From assembly GCA_020632415.1 (NCBI GenBank), contig JACKFO010000002.1, positions 185,947 to 226,604 on the forward strand: a DNA stretch of 40,658 nucleotides, read 5' to 3'. The position numbers and the translations under genes are program-made. This DNA comes from Candidatus Nomurabacteria bacterium (lineage in GTDB: Bacteria; Patescibacteriota; Patescibacteriia; UBA1558; GWA2-36-10). Below the pieces are notes generated by a model. The model saw only the letters and a program-made list of their open reading frames with translations, had not been told where the DNA came from and made no database searches. This document shows positions 32,723 to 40,658 of this stretch, one piece after another. Within the stretch, counting starts at the first letter, position 1; the number at the start of each line of letters is the position of its first letter.

Positions 32723-33777
32723 TCAGTGTCAATTTTGCCGTGATTAAAATTTTGAGTCTCACTTCCTTGGCCTTTATTATTGCTATGCTTTGGACGCCAG
32801 CTTTGACCCATTTTTTATATAAATATCGTTTAGGCAAAAGCATTCGCTCTGGTGGTGATACGCCAGTGTTTTCTAAAATGCACCAAAAAAAATCAGGTAC
32901 ACCAACCATGGGCGGAGTTTTGATTTGGGTTACAGTTTTTGTCTTAGCTTTAGCCTTTTTTTGGATTTCCAAATTATGGCCAGAATCATTTTTGGCACAG
33001 TTTAATTTTTTAACCAGACCAGAGACTTATTTGCCATTAGGCGCTTTGGTTGCCTCGGCTTTAGTTGGCTTACTTGATGATTGGTTCAATGTAAATCGCC
33101 AAGGCGGAGGAAAGGGCGGTGGTTTGATGGTTAGACATAGATTATTAATTTATACCTTGATCGCTTTGTTTGGTGCTTGGTGGTTTTATTTTAAATTGGA
33201 TTGGGACGTGGTTAGAGTGCCTTTTTTAGGCTTGTTTGAGCTGGGTTGGTGGTTTATTCCTTTTTTTGTTTTTGTGATCGTAGCAACTGCTTTTTCGGTC
33301 AACGAAGCTGATGGCCTAGATGGTTTAGCTGGTGGTGTAGTTTTAGCTGCTTTTGCTAGCTACGGAACCATCGCTTTTATGCAATCAAATTATAATTTAG
33401 CTGCTTTTTGTGGAGTGATTATCGGTGGTTTATTAGCCTTTTTGTGGTTTAATATTAATCCAGCTAGGTTTTTTATGGGTGACACCGGCGCGATGTCTCT
33501 GGGTGTAGCTTTAGGCATTGTCGCAATGTTGACTGGTTATCCTTTGTTATTGCCTATCATTGGTTTTATTTTACTGATCGAATCATTGTCAGTGATCATT
33601 CAAGTACTTTCTAAAAAAATTAGAAAGAAAAAAGTTTTTTTATCAGCACCAATTCATCATCATTTAGAAGCCAAAGGTTGGTCTGAACCAAAAATAGTCA
33701 TGCGTTTTTGGGTTGTTGCTGGGGTGACAGCAGTGATGGGTCTGATTATTGCGATTATTGATCTAGCTTTATGGTAA
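32719..33777 (+). CDS. mraY: Phospho-N-acetylmuramoyl-pentapeptide transferase
   Basis: The NEADGLDGLAG, FMGDTGAMSLG and PIHHHLE motifs are present. The protein is a polytopic membrane protein. Confidence 0.93.
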   Translation: MISVNFAVIKILSLTSLAFIIAMLWTPALTHFLYKYRLGKSIRSGGDTPVFSKMHQKKSGTPTMGGVLIWVTVFVLALAFFWISKLWPESFLAQFNFLTRPETYLPLGALVASALVGLLDDWFNVNRQGGGKGGGLMVRHRLLIYTLIALFGAWWFYFKLDWDVVRVPFLGLFELGWWFIPFFVFVIVATAFSVNEADGLDGLAGGVVLAAFASYGTIAFMQSNYNLAAFCGVIIGGLLAFLWFNINPARFFMGDTGAMSLGVALGIVAMLTGYPLLLPIIGFILLIESLSVIIQVLSKKIRKKKVFLSAPIHHHLEAKGWSEPKIVMRFWVVAGVTAVMGLIIAIIDLALW

Positions 33778-35177
33778 AAAGTTGGGAAAAGAAAAAAGTT
33801 TTGATTATGGGTTTGGGTTTGCAAGGCGGAGCTTTGCAAGTTGCTTTGTGGTTATTAAAACAAGGAGCTCAAATCACGATTACTGATTTAAAAAATTCTC
33901 AACAATTAAAATCAAGTTTAGATCAACTCAAAAAACATCAAGATTTTAAAAAAATTAAATTTACTTTAGGAAAACATTTGGAAAGTGATTTTGTTCAACA
34001 AGATTTGATTATCAAAAATCCTGGCGTTCCCAGAGAGTCAAAATTTTTAAAAATAGCCAAAGATAATAATATTCCAATTATCAATGAAGCGGTAATGTTT
34101 TTTGGTCTGTATCCTGGAAAAATTATCGGTGTGACTGGCACTCGCGGTAAATCTACGACCAGTACTTTGTTGCATCAAATTTTGAAAACTGAAATCAAGG
34201 ACAATGTTGTGGCTGGAAATATTGCAACCGTGCCAATGTTTTCGATTTTAGATAAAATTTCAAAAGATTCAAAACCAGTTTTAGAATTGTCTAGTTGGCA
34301 TTTGGAAGACTTGGCAGAATACAAAAGATCTCCATATTTAGCGATTGTGACCAACGTCTTAATTGATCATCTAAATCGTTATCAAAATTTCGCTGCTTAC
34401 AAACAAGCTAAAATGGCGATTGTTAAAAATCAAAAGAAAACTGATTTAGCAATTTTAAATTATGATAATTTAACAACTAAATCTTTTGCAAAATTTACCA
34501 AAGCCAAAGTGTATTATTTTTCAGTAAAACAAAAAGTACCGCGCGGAGTTTATCTCAAAGAAAATTCTTTTTATTTTTGTGATCATAAAAAAGAGACTTG
34601 TATCACTGCAGTTAAAGATTGGCATATTTTTGGAGAAGCAAATTTATCCAATGCTGCCGCCGCAATTTGTGCCGCTTATTTATTAAAAATAAGTAAACAA
34701 AACATTGCCAAAGCTTGCCGTAATTTCAAAGGCGTAGAATATCGTTTTCAGCCTCTTGGCAAATTAAAAAATGTAGAAGTTTTTAATGATGCTACAGCCT
34801 CTACACCTGACGCAACTATTGCTGCAATCAGCGCCTTGGAAAATAAAAAAATATTATTAATCGCTGGCGGAGAGGACAAAGAATTAGTTTATCGTGATTT
34901 AGCTTTATTAATCAAAAAAAGAAAAGTCAGAGTTGTTCTTTTGGCCGGAAGCGCTAGCAAAAAGTTATTAATTGAGCTAAAGAAAATTAAGTATCCAGAA
35001 GAAAATCTCGATCTAAATCTCCCAAGTTTAAAAACAGCTTTTCAAAAAGCAAAAAAATATTTAAATCAAGCGGATGTTTTATTATTTTCACCAGCAGCAG
35101 CAAGTTTTAATATGTTTGCCAATGAATTTGAGCGAGCAAAACAATTTTCACAATTAGTAAAAAATGATCAGAAATAA
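33771..35177 (+). CDS. murD: UDP-N-acetylmuramoylalanine--D-glutamate ligase
   Basis: N-terminal Rossmann-like motif GLGLQGG, the Mur ligase P-loop GVTGTRGKSTT, and its position after mraY. Confidence 0.9.
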   Translation: MVKSWEKKKVLIMGLGLQGGALQVALWLLKQGAQITITDLKNSQQLKSSLDQLKKHQDFKKIKFTLGKHLESDFVQQDLIIKNPGVPRESKFLKIAKDNNIPIINEAVMFFGLYPGKIIGVTGTRGKSTTSTLLHQILKTEIKDNVVAGNIATVPMFSILDKISKDSKPVLELSSWHLEDLAEYKRSPYLAIVTNVLIDHLNRYQNFAAYKQAKMAIVKNQKKTDLAILNYDNLTTKSFAKFTKAKVYYFSVKQKVPRGVYLKENSFYFCDHKKETCITAVKDWHIFGEANLSNAAAAICAAYLLKISKQNIAKACRNFKGVEYRFQPLGKLKNVEVFNDATASTPDATIAAISALENKKILLIAGGEDKELVYRDLALLIKKRKVRVVLLAGSASKKLLIELKKIKYPEENLDLNLPSLKTAFQKAKKYLNQADVLLFSPAAASFNMFANEFERAKQFSQLVKNDQK

Positions 35178-36378
35178 AAAACAATCAAACAGTCGTTTTG
35201 AAACCAGATCGAGCAAAGGCTTGAGTAACAAGATTAAATCCTGGTTTTTAGAGCCATTTTCAAATACTCGTCTTGGGCATCAACCAGATTTTGTTTTGTT
35301 AAGTGTTGTAGCTTTACTGTTATTTTTTGGCTTATTATTTTTGTCTTCTACTTCATCATCTTTGGCTTTTGAACAAAGGAATCAAGATGTCTATTTTTTT
35401 GTGAGACAGCAAATTACACATGGTTTGTTACCAGGTCTATTATTTTTTTATTTAGCTTTACGAATTAACTATAAAGTTTATCAAAAATTTTATTTTGCTT
35501 TTTTTGCTTTTTCAATAGTTTTGTTGTTATTAGTTTTTGTGCCTAGTTTACAACTGACAAATGCTACGGCAAAGTCTTGGATTAATTTGGGATTTTTTTC
35601 TTTTCAGACTAGTGAAATAGTAAAATTAGCCTTTATTTTATTTTTAGCAGCTTGGTTGGACAAAATTGGACCAAAAATAAAATATTGGAAAGAAAGCTTG
35701 TTGCCATTTTTGATTTTTCTAGGTCTTATTTCGGTTCTGATTATCTTACAACCAGACCTAGGAACTTTGAGTATTATCATCCTTAGTTCGATTGCAATGT
35801 ATTTTGTCGCTGGCGCTAATTGGAAACAATTATTGTCTATTATTTCTTTAGGCTTGATTTCTCTGGCTGTGATGGTCAAAGCTGCTCCTTATCGGATCAA
35901 TAGATTTTTAGCTTTCTTGGATCCAGAAAAAGATCCCTTGGGGATTAGTTATCAAATTAGACAAGCTTTGATTGCCGTTGGTTCTGGCGGTTGGTTTGGT
36001 TTAGGGCTTGGCTACTCTCGACAAAAATTTAATTATTTACCAGAGCCAGCAGGCGATAGTATTTTTGCTATTATCGCTGAGGAAATTGGTTTTATTTTTT
36101 CAGTGCTTTTTATTTTATTATTTGTCGTTTTAATGATTCGTGGTTTTAAAATTGTCAGAGAAGCACCTGATAATTTTGCAAAATTAGTAGCTTTAGGGAT
36201 TATAATTTGGTTGTCTAGTCAAATTTTTATTAATATCGCTTCAATCATTGGACTTTTACCGCTTACCGGCGTTCCTTTGCCACTCGTTTCTTTGGGTGGT
36301 ACAAATTTGTTAGTTACTCTACTGGGCATTGGCATTTTGGCAAATATCTCTAAATTTACTACAATAAATAGTAGATAA
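35164..36378 (+). CDS. ftsW: SEDS-family peptidoglycan glycosyltransferase FtsW/RodA
   Basis: About 10 TM helices. SEDS motifs are present (QTSEIVKL, QPDLGT, LPEPAGDSIFA, PLTGVPLPLVSLGGT). Confidence 0.88.
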   Translation: MIRNKKQSNSRFETRSSKGLSNKIKSWFLEPFSNTRLGHQPDFVLLSVVALLLFFGLLFLSSTSSSLAFEQRNQDVYFFVRQQITHGLLPGLLFFYLALRINYKVYQKFYFAFFAFSIVLLLLVFVPSLQLTNATAKSWINLGFFSFQTSEIVKLAFILFLAAWLDKIGPKIKYWKESLLPFLIFLGLISVLIILQPDLGTLSIIILSSIAMYFVAGANWKQLLSIISLGLISLAVMVKAAPYRINRFLAFLDPEKDPLGISYQIRQALIAVGSGGWFGLGLGYSRQKFNYLPEPAGDSIFAIIAEEIGFIFSVLFILLFVVLMIRGFKIVREAPDNFAKLVALGIIIWLSSQIFINIASIIGLLPLTGVPLPLVSLGGTNLLVTLLGIGILANISKFTTINSR

Positions 36379-36386
36379 ATAAAAAT

Positions 36387-37397
36387 ATGAAAAATAAAAT
36401 CAAAAATTTCTTTAAAAATATCGATAAAGATAAGCTCGGTTTTACTTTGGTGGAAATTTTAATCGTTGTAGCAGTAGTTGGAATTTTAAGTGTCATTTCT
36501 TATGTCGGCGTTTCTGATATTAGAAAATCCATTCGTGATAACAGAAGAAGAGCAGATTTACAGACTTTAGCTAGAGCTCTAGAAGCTTTTAAGTCTGATT
36601 ATGGGCAATATTTACCGCAAAATTTTTACAGCACAAGTAATTATAACACAGCTGATGGTTGGTCTGCCGAGGCTGATGAAACAATGATGCCAATTTTGAA
36701 AGAAGGCGGAGATATAACAGTGGTTTATCAGGGAGAAGGTGAGCCGGTAGTTAGAAATAAAACAATTGAAGGTGGTTACTTAGCTGAATATATTAAAGAT
36801 CCAATTAATGATACTAGTGATTGGGATGATTCCTATGCTTATATTTATTGGGGCGCGGCTTTTGCTCAAACTTTTGATTTAAATAGTTTTCTTTGGGATC
36901 CTTTTATTAATTTTCCAATGGCCTGTCCAGAGCCGTCTGTAGATACCTGCGGTACTGCTGGTGGAACAAATACAGAGACTTGGGGGGATTGCTGTAATAC
37001 CGGTTGTTGGGATCAGTATTGTATTTTTAATGCCAATGGCCCTGGCGACGCTGATGACACTCTAACTTGGGTTGTTAATAATAATACAAATTTTGGTCGT
37101 TATTGTTATGGTTCGGATTCTAGTCGTAACATGGCCTTGCTAGGAACTCGTTTAGAAAAAGAAAGTAAACCAGAAGAAAGATTTGAAAATCTTTTTGCCT
37201 TTTGTCCAACAGCCGATGAAGATCATCCTGATCATGATCGGTTTAAGTATCTAAAAGGTTATTTTCCACGCGCAAAAGCTTGTTATGACGGCACTGGTGC
37301 GGATCCTTATAATTGTGACTCTGATGGTTGGTCTTTTTGGGCTTTGAATAATTATAACTATTTTATTCCTTTGACCGGAGAATATAATTTAAACTAA
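36387..37397 (+). CDS. Type IV pilin-like protein with a prepilin N-terminal cleavage/methylation domain and a large Cys-rich globular domain
   Basis: Class III signal KLG|FTLVEILIVVAVVGILS. 336 aa with many Cys in the C-terminal half. Confidence 0.8.
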   Translation: MKNKIKNFFKNIDKDKLGFTLVEILIVVAVVGILSVISYVGVSDIRKSIRDNRRRADLQTLARALEAFKSDYGQYLPQNFYSTSNYNTADGWSAEADETMMPILKEGGDITVVYQGEGEPVVRNKTIEGGYLAEYIKDPINDTSDWDDSYAYIYWGAAFAQTFDLNSFLWDPFINFPMACPEPSVDTCGTAGGTNTETWGDCCNTGCWDQYCIFNANGPGDADDTLTWVVNNNTNFGRYCYGSDSSRNMALLGTRLEKESKPEERFENLFAFCPTADEDHPDHDRFKYLKGYFPRAKACYDGTGADPYNCDSDGWSFWALNNYNYFIPLTGEYNLN

Positions 37398-38417
37398 ATG
37401 TCGGAAATTAAGCGCAAAATTTTATTGGTTGGAGGCGGAACTTTGGGTTCAGTAAGTCCGCTTTTGGCAGTGGCTCAAAAATATTCAGCTGATTATTTAT
37501 TTTTAGGCACAAAAACTGGTCCTGAAAAAAATCTCATTCAGTCAGCGGGTCTAAATTTTCAGGAAATCTCTAGTGGTAAACTGAGACGTTATTGGGCTTG
37601 GTCAAATTTTGTAGATCTTTTTAAAATAAAATTTGCTTTTTGGCAGAGCATAAAGATTTTAAAAAAGTTTAAGCCGGAGCTTGTTTTGACTGCCGGTAGT
37701 TTTGTGGCTGTACCAGTAGCTTGGGGTGCTTGGTTTTTACGGATTCCGGTAATAGTTCATCAACAGGATTTGGAAATCGGATTAGCCAATAGATTAATGG
37801 CTCCGGTAGCTCAAAAAATTACCGTTACTTTTGAAGAACAAAAAAAGTATTTTAAGCAAAAAAAAGTTGTTGTCACTGGCAATCCAGTTCGTCAGTTTTT
37901 AACTAGTGAAAAAAATCAAAGACCAAGTATTTTGATTACCGGCGGAGGATTGGGCGCTAGGGGTTTTAATGATTTTTTGAGAAAGTTTATTCCAAAATTG
38001 AGCAAAAATTTTCAAGTGCACCATATTTTAGGTGAAAAAAATTATGATCAAGCTTTGAGCTTAGAAAATTATCATCCTTACAGATCTCTTAATTCTGGTA
38101 TGGGACAATTGTTGAATCAGGCAGAGATTATTATTTCTCGAGCTGGAATGTCCTTGATCACAGAAGCTGCTTACTTTAGAAAGGCTTTAATATTAATTCC
38201 GATTCCCAATACTCATCAAGAAAAAAACGCTAAGTTTTTCGCCAAACACAACGCTGCCTATTATTGTCGACAAGGCTCAAATCAAATTTTGGAAAGATAT
38301 TTAAATAAATTGACAACAAATAAAGTTTTACGCGATGGTTTAGCTGATAATTTATTTAAATTGTTTCCCACAAAAGCAGTTGACAATTACATCAAAGTAA
38401 TAGAAGATGTGCTTTAA
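37398..38417 (+). CDS. murG: Lipid II synthase (UDP-GlcNAc:undecaprenyl-PP-MurNAc-pentapeptide GlcNAc transferase)
   Basis: GGGTLGSVSPLL glycine loop and a GT28 C-terminal pattern (ITGGGLGA, ISRAGMSLITEA). Its position in the dcw cluster also fits. Confidence 0.9.
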   Translation: MSEIKRKILLVGGGTLGSVSPLLAVAQKYSADYLFLGTKTGPEKNLIQSAGLNFQEISSGKLRRYWAWSNFVDLFKIKFAFWQSIKILKKFKPELVLTAGSFVAVPVAWGAWFLRIPVIVHQQDLEIGLANRLMAPVAQKITVTFEEQKKYFKQKKVVVTGNPVRQFLTSEKNQRPSILITGGGLGARGFNDFLRKFIPKLSKNFQVHHILGEKNYDQALSLENYHPYRSLNSGMGQLLNQAEIIISRAGMSLITEAAYFRKALILIPIPNTHQEKNAKFFAKHNAAYYCRQGSNQILERYLNKLTTNKVLRDGLADNLFKLFPTKAVDNYIKVIEDVL

Positions 38418-38431
38418 GAAGATCAAAATCT

Positions 38432-39799
38432 ATGGATTTAGATTTAGCAAAAGTAAATAAAGTTTATTTAAGCGGTTTAGGCGGCATTGGTTTGTCCGCT
38501 GTTGCTTATTATTTTTTGAGCCAAGGAAAAAGCGTCTCTGGTTCTGATTTGACCAAATCGGAAATTACCAAGCGTTTAGAAAATCAAGGAGTTTTGGTTA
38601 ACTATCAACAAAAAGAAACAAACATTAAAGAGGGTTTTGATTTGTTAGTTTATACTTCAGCTTTACCAGAAGACCATCCGGAGCTTGTCAAAGCTAGGAA
38701 TTTAAAAATTCCTACTTTAAGTTATTTTCAATTTTTGGGAATTTTAAGTAAAGATTACCAAACAATTGCCGTGACTGGTACCAATGGCAAGACAACGACC
38801 ACGGCAATGCTTGGCTTGATCTTGGAAAAAGCCGGACTTGATCCGACGGTCATCGTTGGCTCACTAGTTCCTCAATGGGGGAAAAACTTTCGTTTAGGAA
38901 AATCTGATATTTTAGTTGTTGAAGCTTGCGAATGGAAAGCGCATATGCTTGAGCTTAATCCGAATATTATTGTTTTGACTAATGTCGCTGAAGATCATCT
39001 TGATTTTTATCAAGACCTTGATGATATTAAAAAACATTTTCAAAAATTCGTAAACAAATTACCAAGTGACGGCATTTTGATTAAAAATATCGATGACCAA
39101 AATAGCCAAAATATTGTTAATCAGAATAGAAATTTATTGTTTGGTCAAAATAAAAAAGCAGATTGTTATTTTGCTGATCTAGAAGTTTCGGCTGGCCAAC
39201 AAGAATTTAAAGTTTATCTAGATGAAAAGCTTTTTGGAGATTTTCATTTGACTGTTCCGGGTTTGTATAATGTTTACAATGCTTTGGCAGCAATTACTGT
39301 TGCTAGTCATTTGGGTTTAAATAAACATCAGATTTGGAATGCTTTAAATGAATTTGTTGGTACTTGGCGTCGTTTTGAGCTTTTGGGAAATTTCAAAAGT
39401 AATTTAGTGATTTCTGATTATGCGCATCATCCAGATGCTATCAAGGGATTGTTAAAAGCAGCAAAAGATTTTTATCCCGATCGAAAGCTGATTGCTATTT
39501 TTCAGCCACATCACCACAATCGAACTTTGACCTTGATCAATGATTTTGCCAAGAGCTTTGATTTGGCGGATCAAATAATTATTTCTGAAATTTATCAAGT
39601 CGGCGGTCGTGAAGACAAAGAACATGAAGATGTTTCTAGTCTTGATGTTTTGAAGTTAATCTCTCACTCCAAAAAATATTATGCTGCTGATTTTTCAGAA
39701 GTTAAACAAATTATTAAAAAAATAAATCCAGTTGATTCAGTTTTATTATTTATTGGTGCTGGAGACATTGATAATTTAGCGAGAGAATTAGTAACTTAG
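38432..39799 (+). CDS. murC: UDP-N-acetylmuramate--L-alanine ligase
   Basis: GLGGIGLSAVA, the P-loop AVTGTNGKTTT, and DYAHHP. Confidence 0.92.
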   Translation: MDLDLAKVNKVYLSGLGGIGLSAVAYYFLSQGKSVSGSDLTKSEITKRLENQGVLVNYQQKETNIKEGFDLLVYTSALPEDHPELVKARNLKIPTLSYFQFLGILSKDYQTIAVTGTNGKTTTTAMLGLILEKAGLDPTVIVGSLVPQWGKNFRLGKSDILVVEACEWKAHMLELNPNIIVLTNVAEDHLDFYQDLDDIKKHFQKFVNKLPSDGILIKNIDDQNSQNIVNQNRNLLFGQNKKADCYFADLEVSAGQQEFKVYLDEKLFGDFHLTVPGLYNVYNALAAITVASHLGLNKHQIWNALNEFVGTWRRFELLGNFKSNLVISDYAHHPDAIKGLLKAAKDFYPDRKLIAIFQPHHHNRTLTLINDFAKSFDLADQIIISEIYQVGGREDKEHEDVSSLDVLKLISHSKKYYAADFSEVKQIIKKINPVDSVLLFIGAGDIDNLARELVT

Positions 39800-39802
39800 T
39801 AT

Positions 39803-40658
39803 ATGCAAATACAAAAAAATATTCCACTTGCTCAATATACAACTTTCAAAATTGGCGGACCAGCTGAAAATTTTGTGATTGCCAAAACAATAGAGGAAGT
39901 ACAAGAAGCAGTATCTTGGGCCAAAGAGCATGATCAAGAAATATTTGTTTTTGGAGGCGGTAGTAATCTTTTGATCTCAGATTCCGGCATCAAGGGTCTA
40001 GTAATCAAACTAGATTTGCAAATCTTAGAATTTGAAGAAAACAAGATTAAAGTCGGCTCAGGTGTTTTGTTGTCTTACTTGTTAAATCAAGCCTTAGAAC
40101 ATGAACTGATTGGTTTAGAATTTGCCGCTGGTATTCCAGGTACAGTTGGTGGAGCAGTTAGAGGTAATGCGGGCACCTATGGTCGAGCAATGAGCGATGT
40201 AGTGACTAAGATAAATTATCTAGATGAAAATTATCTTTTACAAGAGATGTCTGTAGGTCAGGCAAATTTTGAGTATCGTCATAGTATTTTTAAAGAAAAA
40301 AAGTATTTAATTTTAAAAGTAGAACTTGAATTAGCAAAAGGCGATTTGGTAGCTGCCAAGAAATTGGTTCAAGAACGTTTGGCCTATCGTCAGGACACGC
40401 AGCCAAATCAGCCTTCGGCCGGTTGTATTTTTAAAAATATTGCTTTTAGCGATCAGGAGACAGAAGATCTAAAATCTCGGGGTATTGAAGTAGAAAAATT
40501 TTTAGAACATCATAAAATACCTGCTGCTTATTTGATTGATCGAGCGGGACTTAAAGGAAAAACTGTTGGTGGTGCTCAAGTTTCTGAAAAACACGCCAAT
40601 TACATTATCAACACCGGAACAGCTAAAGCTGAGGACGTAGTGATTTTAAGCAGCCTAA
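39803..40658 (+). CDS. murB: UDP-N-acetylenolpyruvoylglucosamine reductase; the 3' end lies outside the window
   Basis: ATG at 39803. The frame stays open to the window edge, which is why it is missing from the ORF track. Translation MQIQKNIPLAQYTTFKIGGPAENF...FGGGSNLL matches the MurB FAD-binding N-terminus. Confidence 0.88.
   Translation, partial: MQIQKNIPLAQYTTFKIGGPAENFVIAKTIEEVQEAVSWAKEHDQEIFVFGGGSNLLISDSGIKGLVIKLDLQILEFEENKIKVGSGVLLSYLLNQALEHELIGLEFAAGIPGTVGGAVRGNAGTYGRAMSDVVTKINYLDENYLLQEMSVGQANFEYRHSIFKEKKYLILKVELELAKGDLVAAKKLVQERLAYRQDTQPNQPSAGCIFKNIAFSDQETEDLKSRGIEVEKFLEHHKIPAAYLIDRAGLKGKTVGGAQVSEKHANYIINTGTAKAEDVVILSSL

Noticed and set aside
1-40658. Alternative genetic code (UGA recoding, as in some CPR lineages)
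   Set aside because: Long conserved genes are uninterrupted under code 11, and TGA terminates several well-defined genes (for example at 8142-8144, 9631-9633 and 23944-23946). The standard code fits.
1-40658. tRNA/rRNA genes, transposases, integrases, prophage or diversity-generating retroelement
   Set aside because: No T-arm-like GGTTCGAATCC motifs or rRNA-like segments were seen. No transposase, integrase or reverse transcriptase-like ORFs were seen. I found no flanking direct repeats around the G+C-rich islands.

Overview
This is an AT-rich bacterial chromosomal segment. Hand counts over typical genes give about 20-35% G+C. It uses the standard genetic code: TAA, TAG and TGA all act as stops and no ORFs are interrupted. 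Three things suggest a small-genome Patescibacteria/CPR-like organism, though this is an inference: compact operons with overlapping stop/start codons, many secreted, membrane and pilin-like proteins, and a large surface-glycan cluster. Reading left to right, the window holds:
- a dockerin-like C-terminal fragment and a small membrane protein;
- a G+C-rich two-gene minus-strand operon;
- typA, rlmN, an L,D-transpeptidase with Ca-binding repeats, and trmB;
- a secreted protein with three Fn3-like modules and a class I glutamine amidotransferase;
- a tiny promoter-to-terminator unit followed by a G+C-enriched ATP-grasp gene;
- HU, a 700-aa polytopic membrane protein and small membrane proteins;
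- a GT-B-like gene translationally coupled to an OLD-family ABC-ATPase/Toprim nuclease;
- a 15-codon Cys-rich mini-gene;
- a G+C-rich ORF-poor block with two minus-strand promoter-to-terminator units, which are candidate structured RNAs of about 385 and 250 nt;
- an EamA transporter, a clan GH-A-like hydrolase and an S8 protease with FG-GAP repeats;
- a glycan cluster of about 12 genes (GtrA, GT2 x3, GT4 x2, UXS-like, epimerase, DUF2304, GT-C-like, HIT, rfbB, rfbA-like), then a NifU-like gene;
- mraY-murD-ftsW-[pilin-like gene]-murG-murC-murB, with murB running off the right edge.
The most unusual signal is compositional and architectural. Three short G+C-rich islands (about 565-1290, 8300-9690 and 15880-16640) carry Shine-Dalgarno-led ORFs or hairpin-dense RNA. 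The surrounding native genes lack SD sequences, and several look leaderless, with a TGnTATAAT box 6-8 nt before the ATG. I could not match the two candidate RNAs to RNase P, tmRNA or SRP motifs from memory. They need a covariance-model search. No CRISPR array, tRNA, rRNA, transposase or reverse transcriptase was seen.
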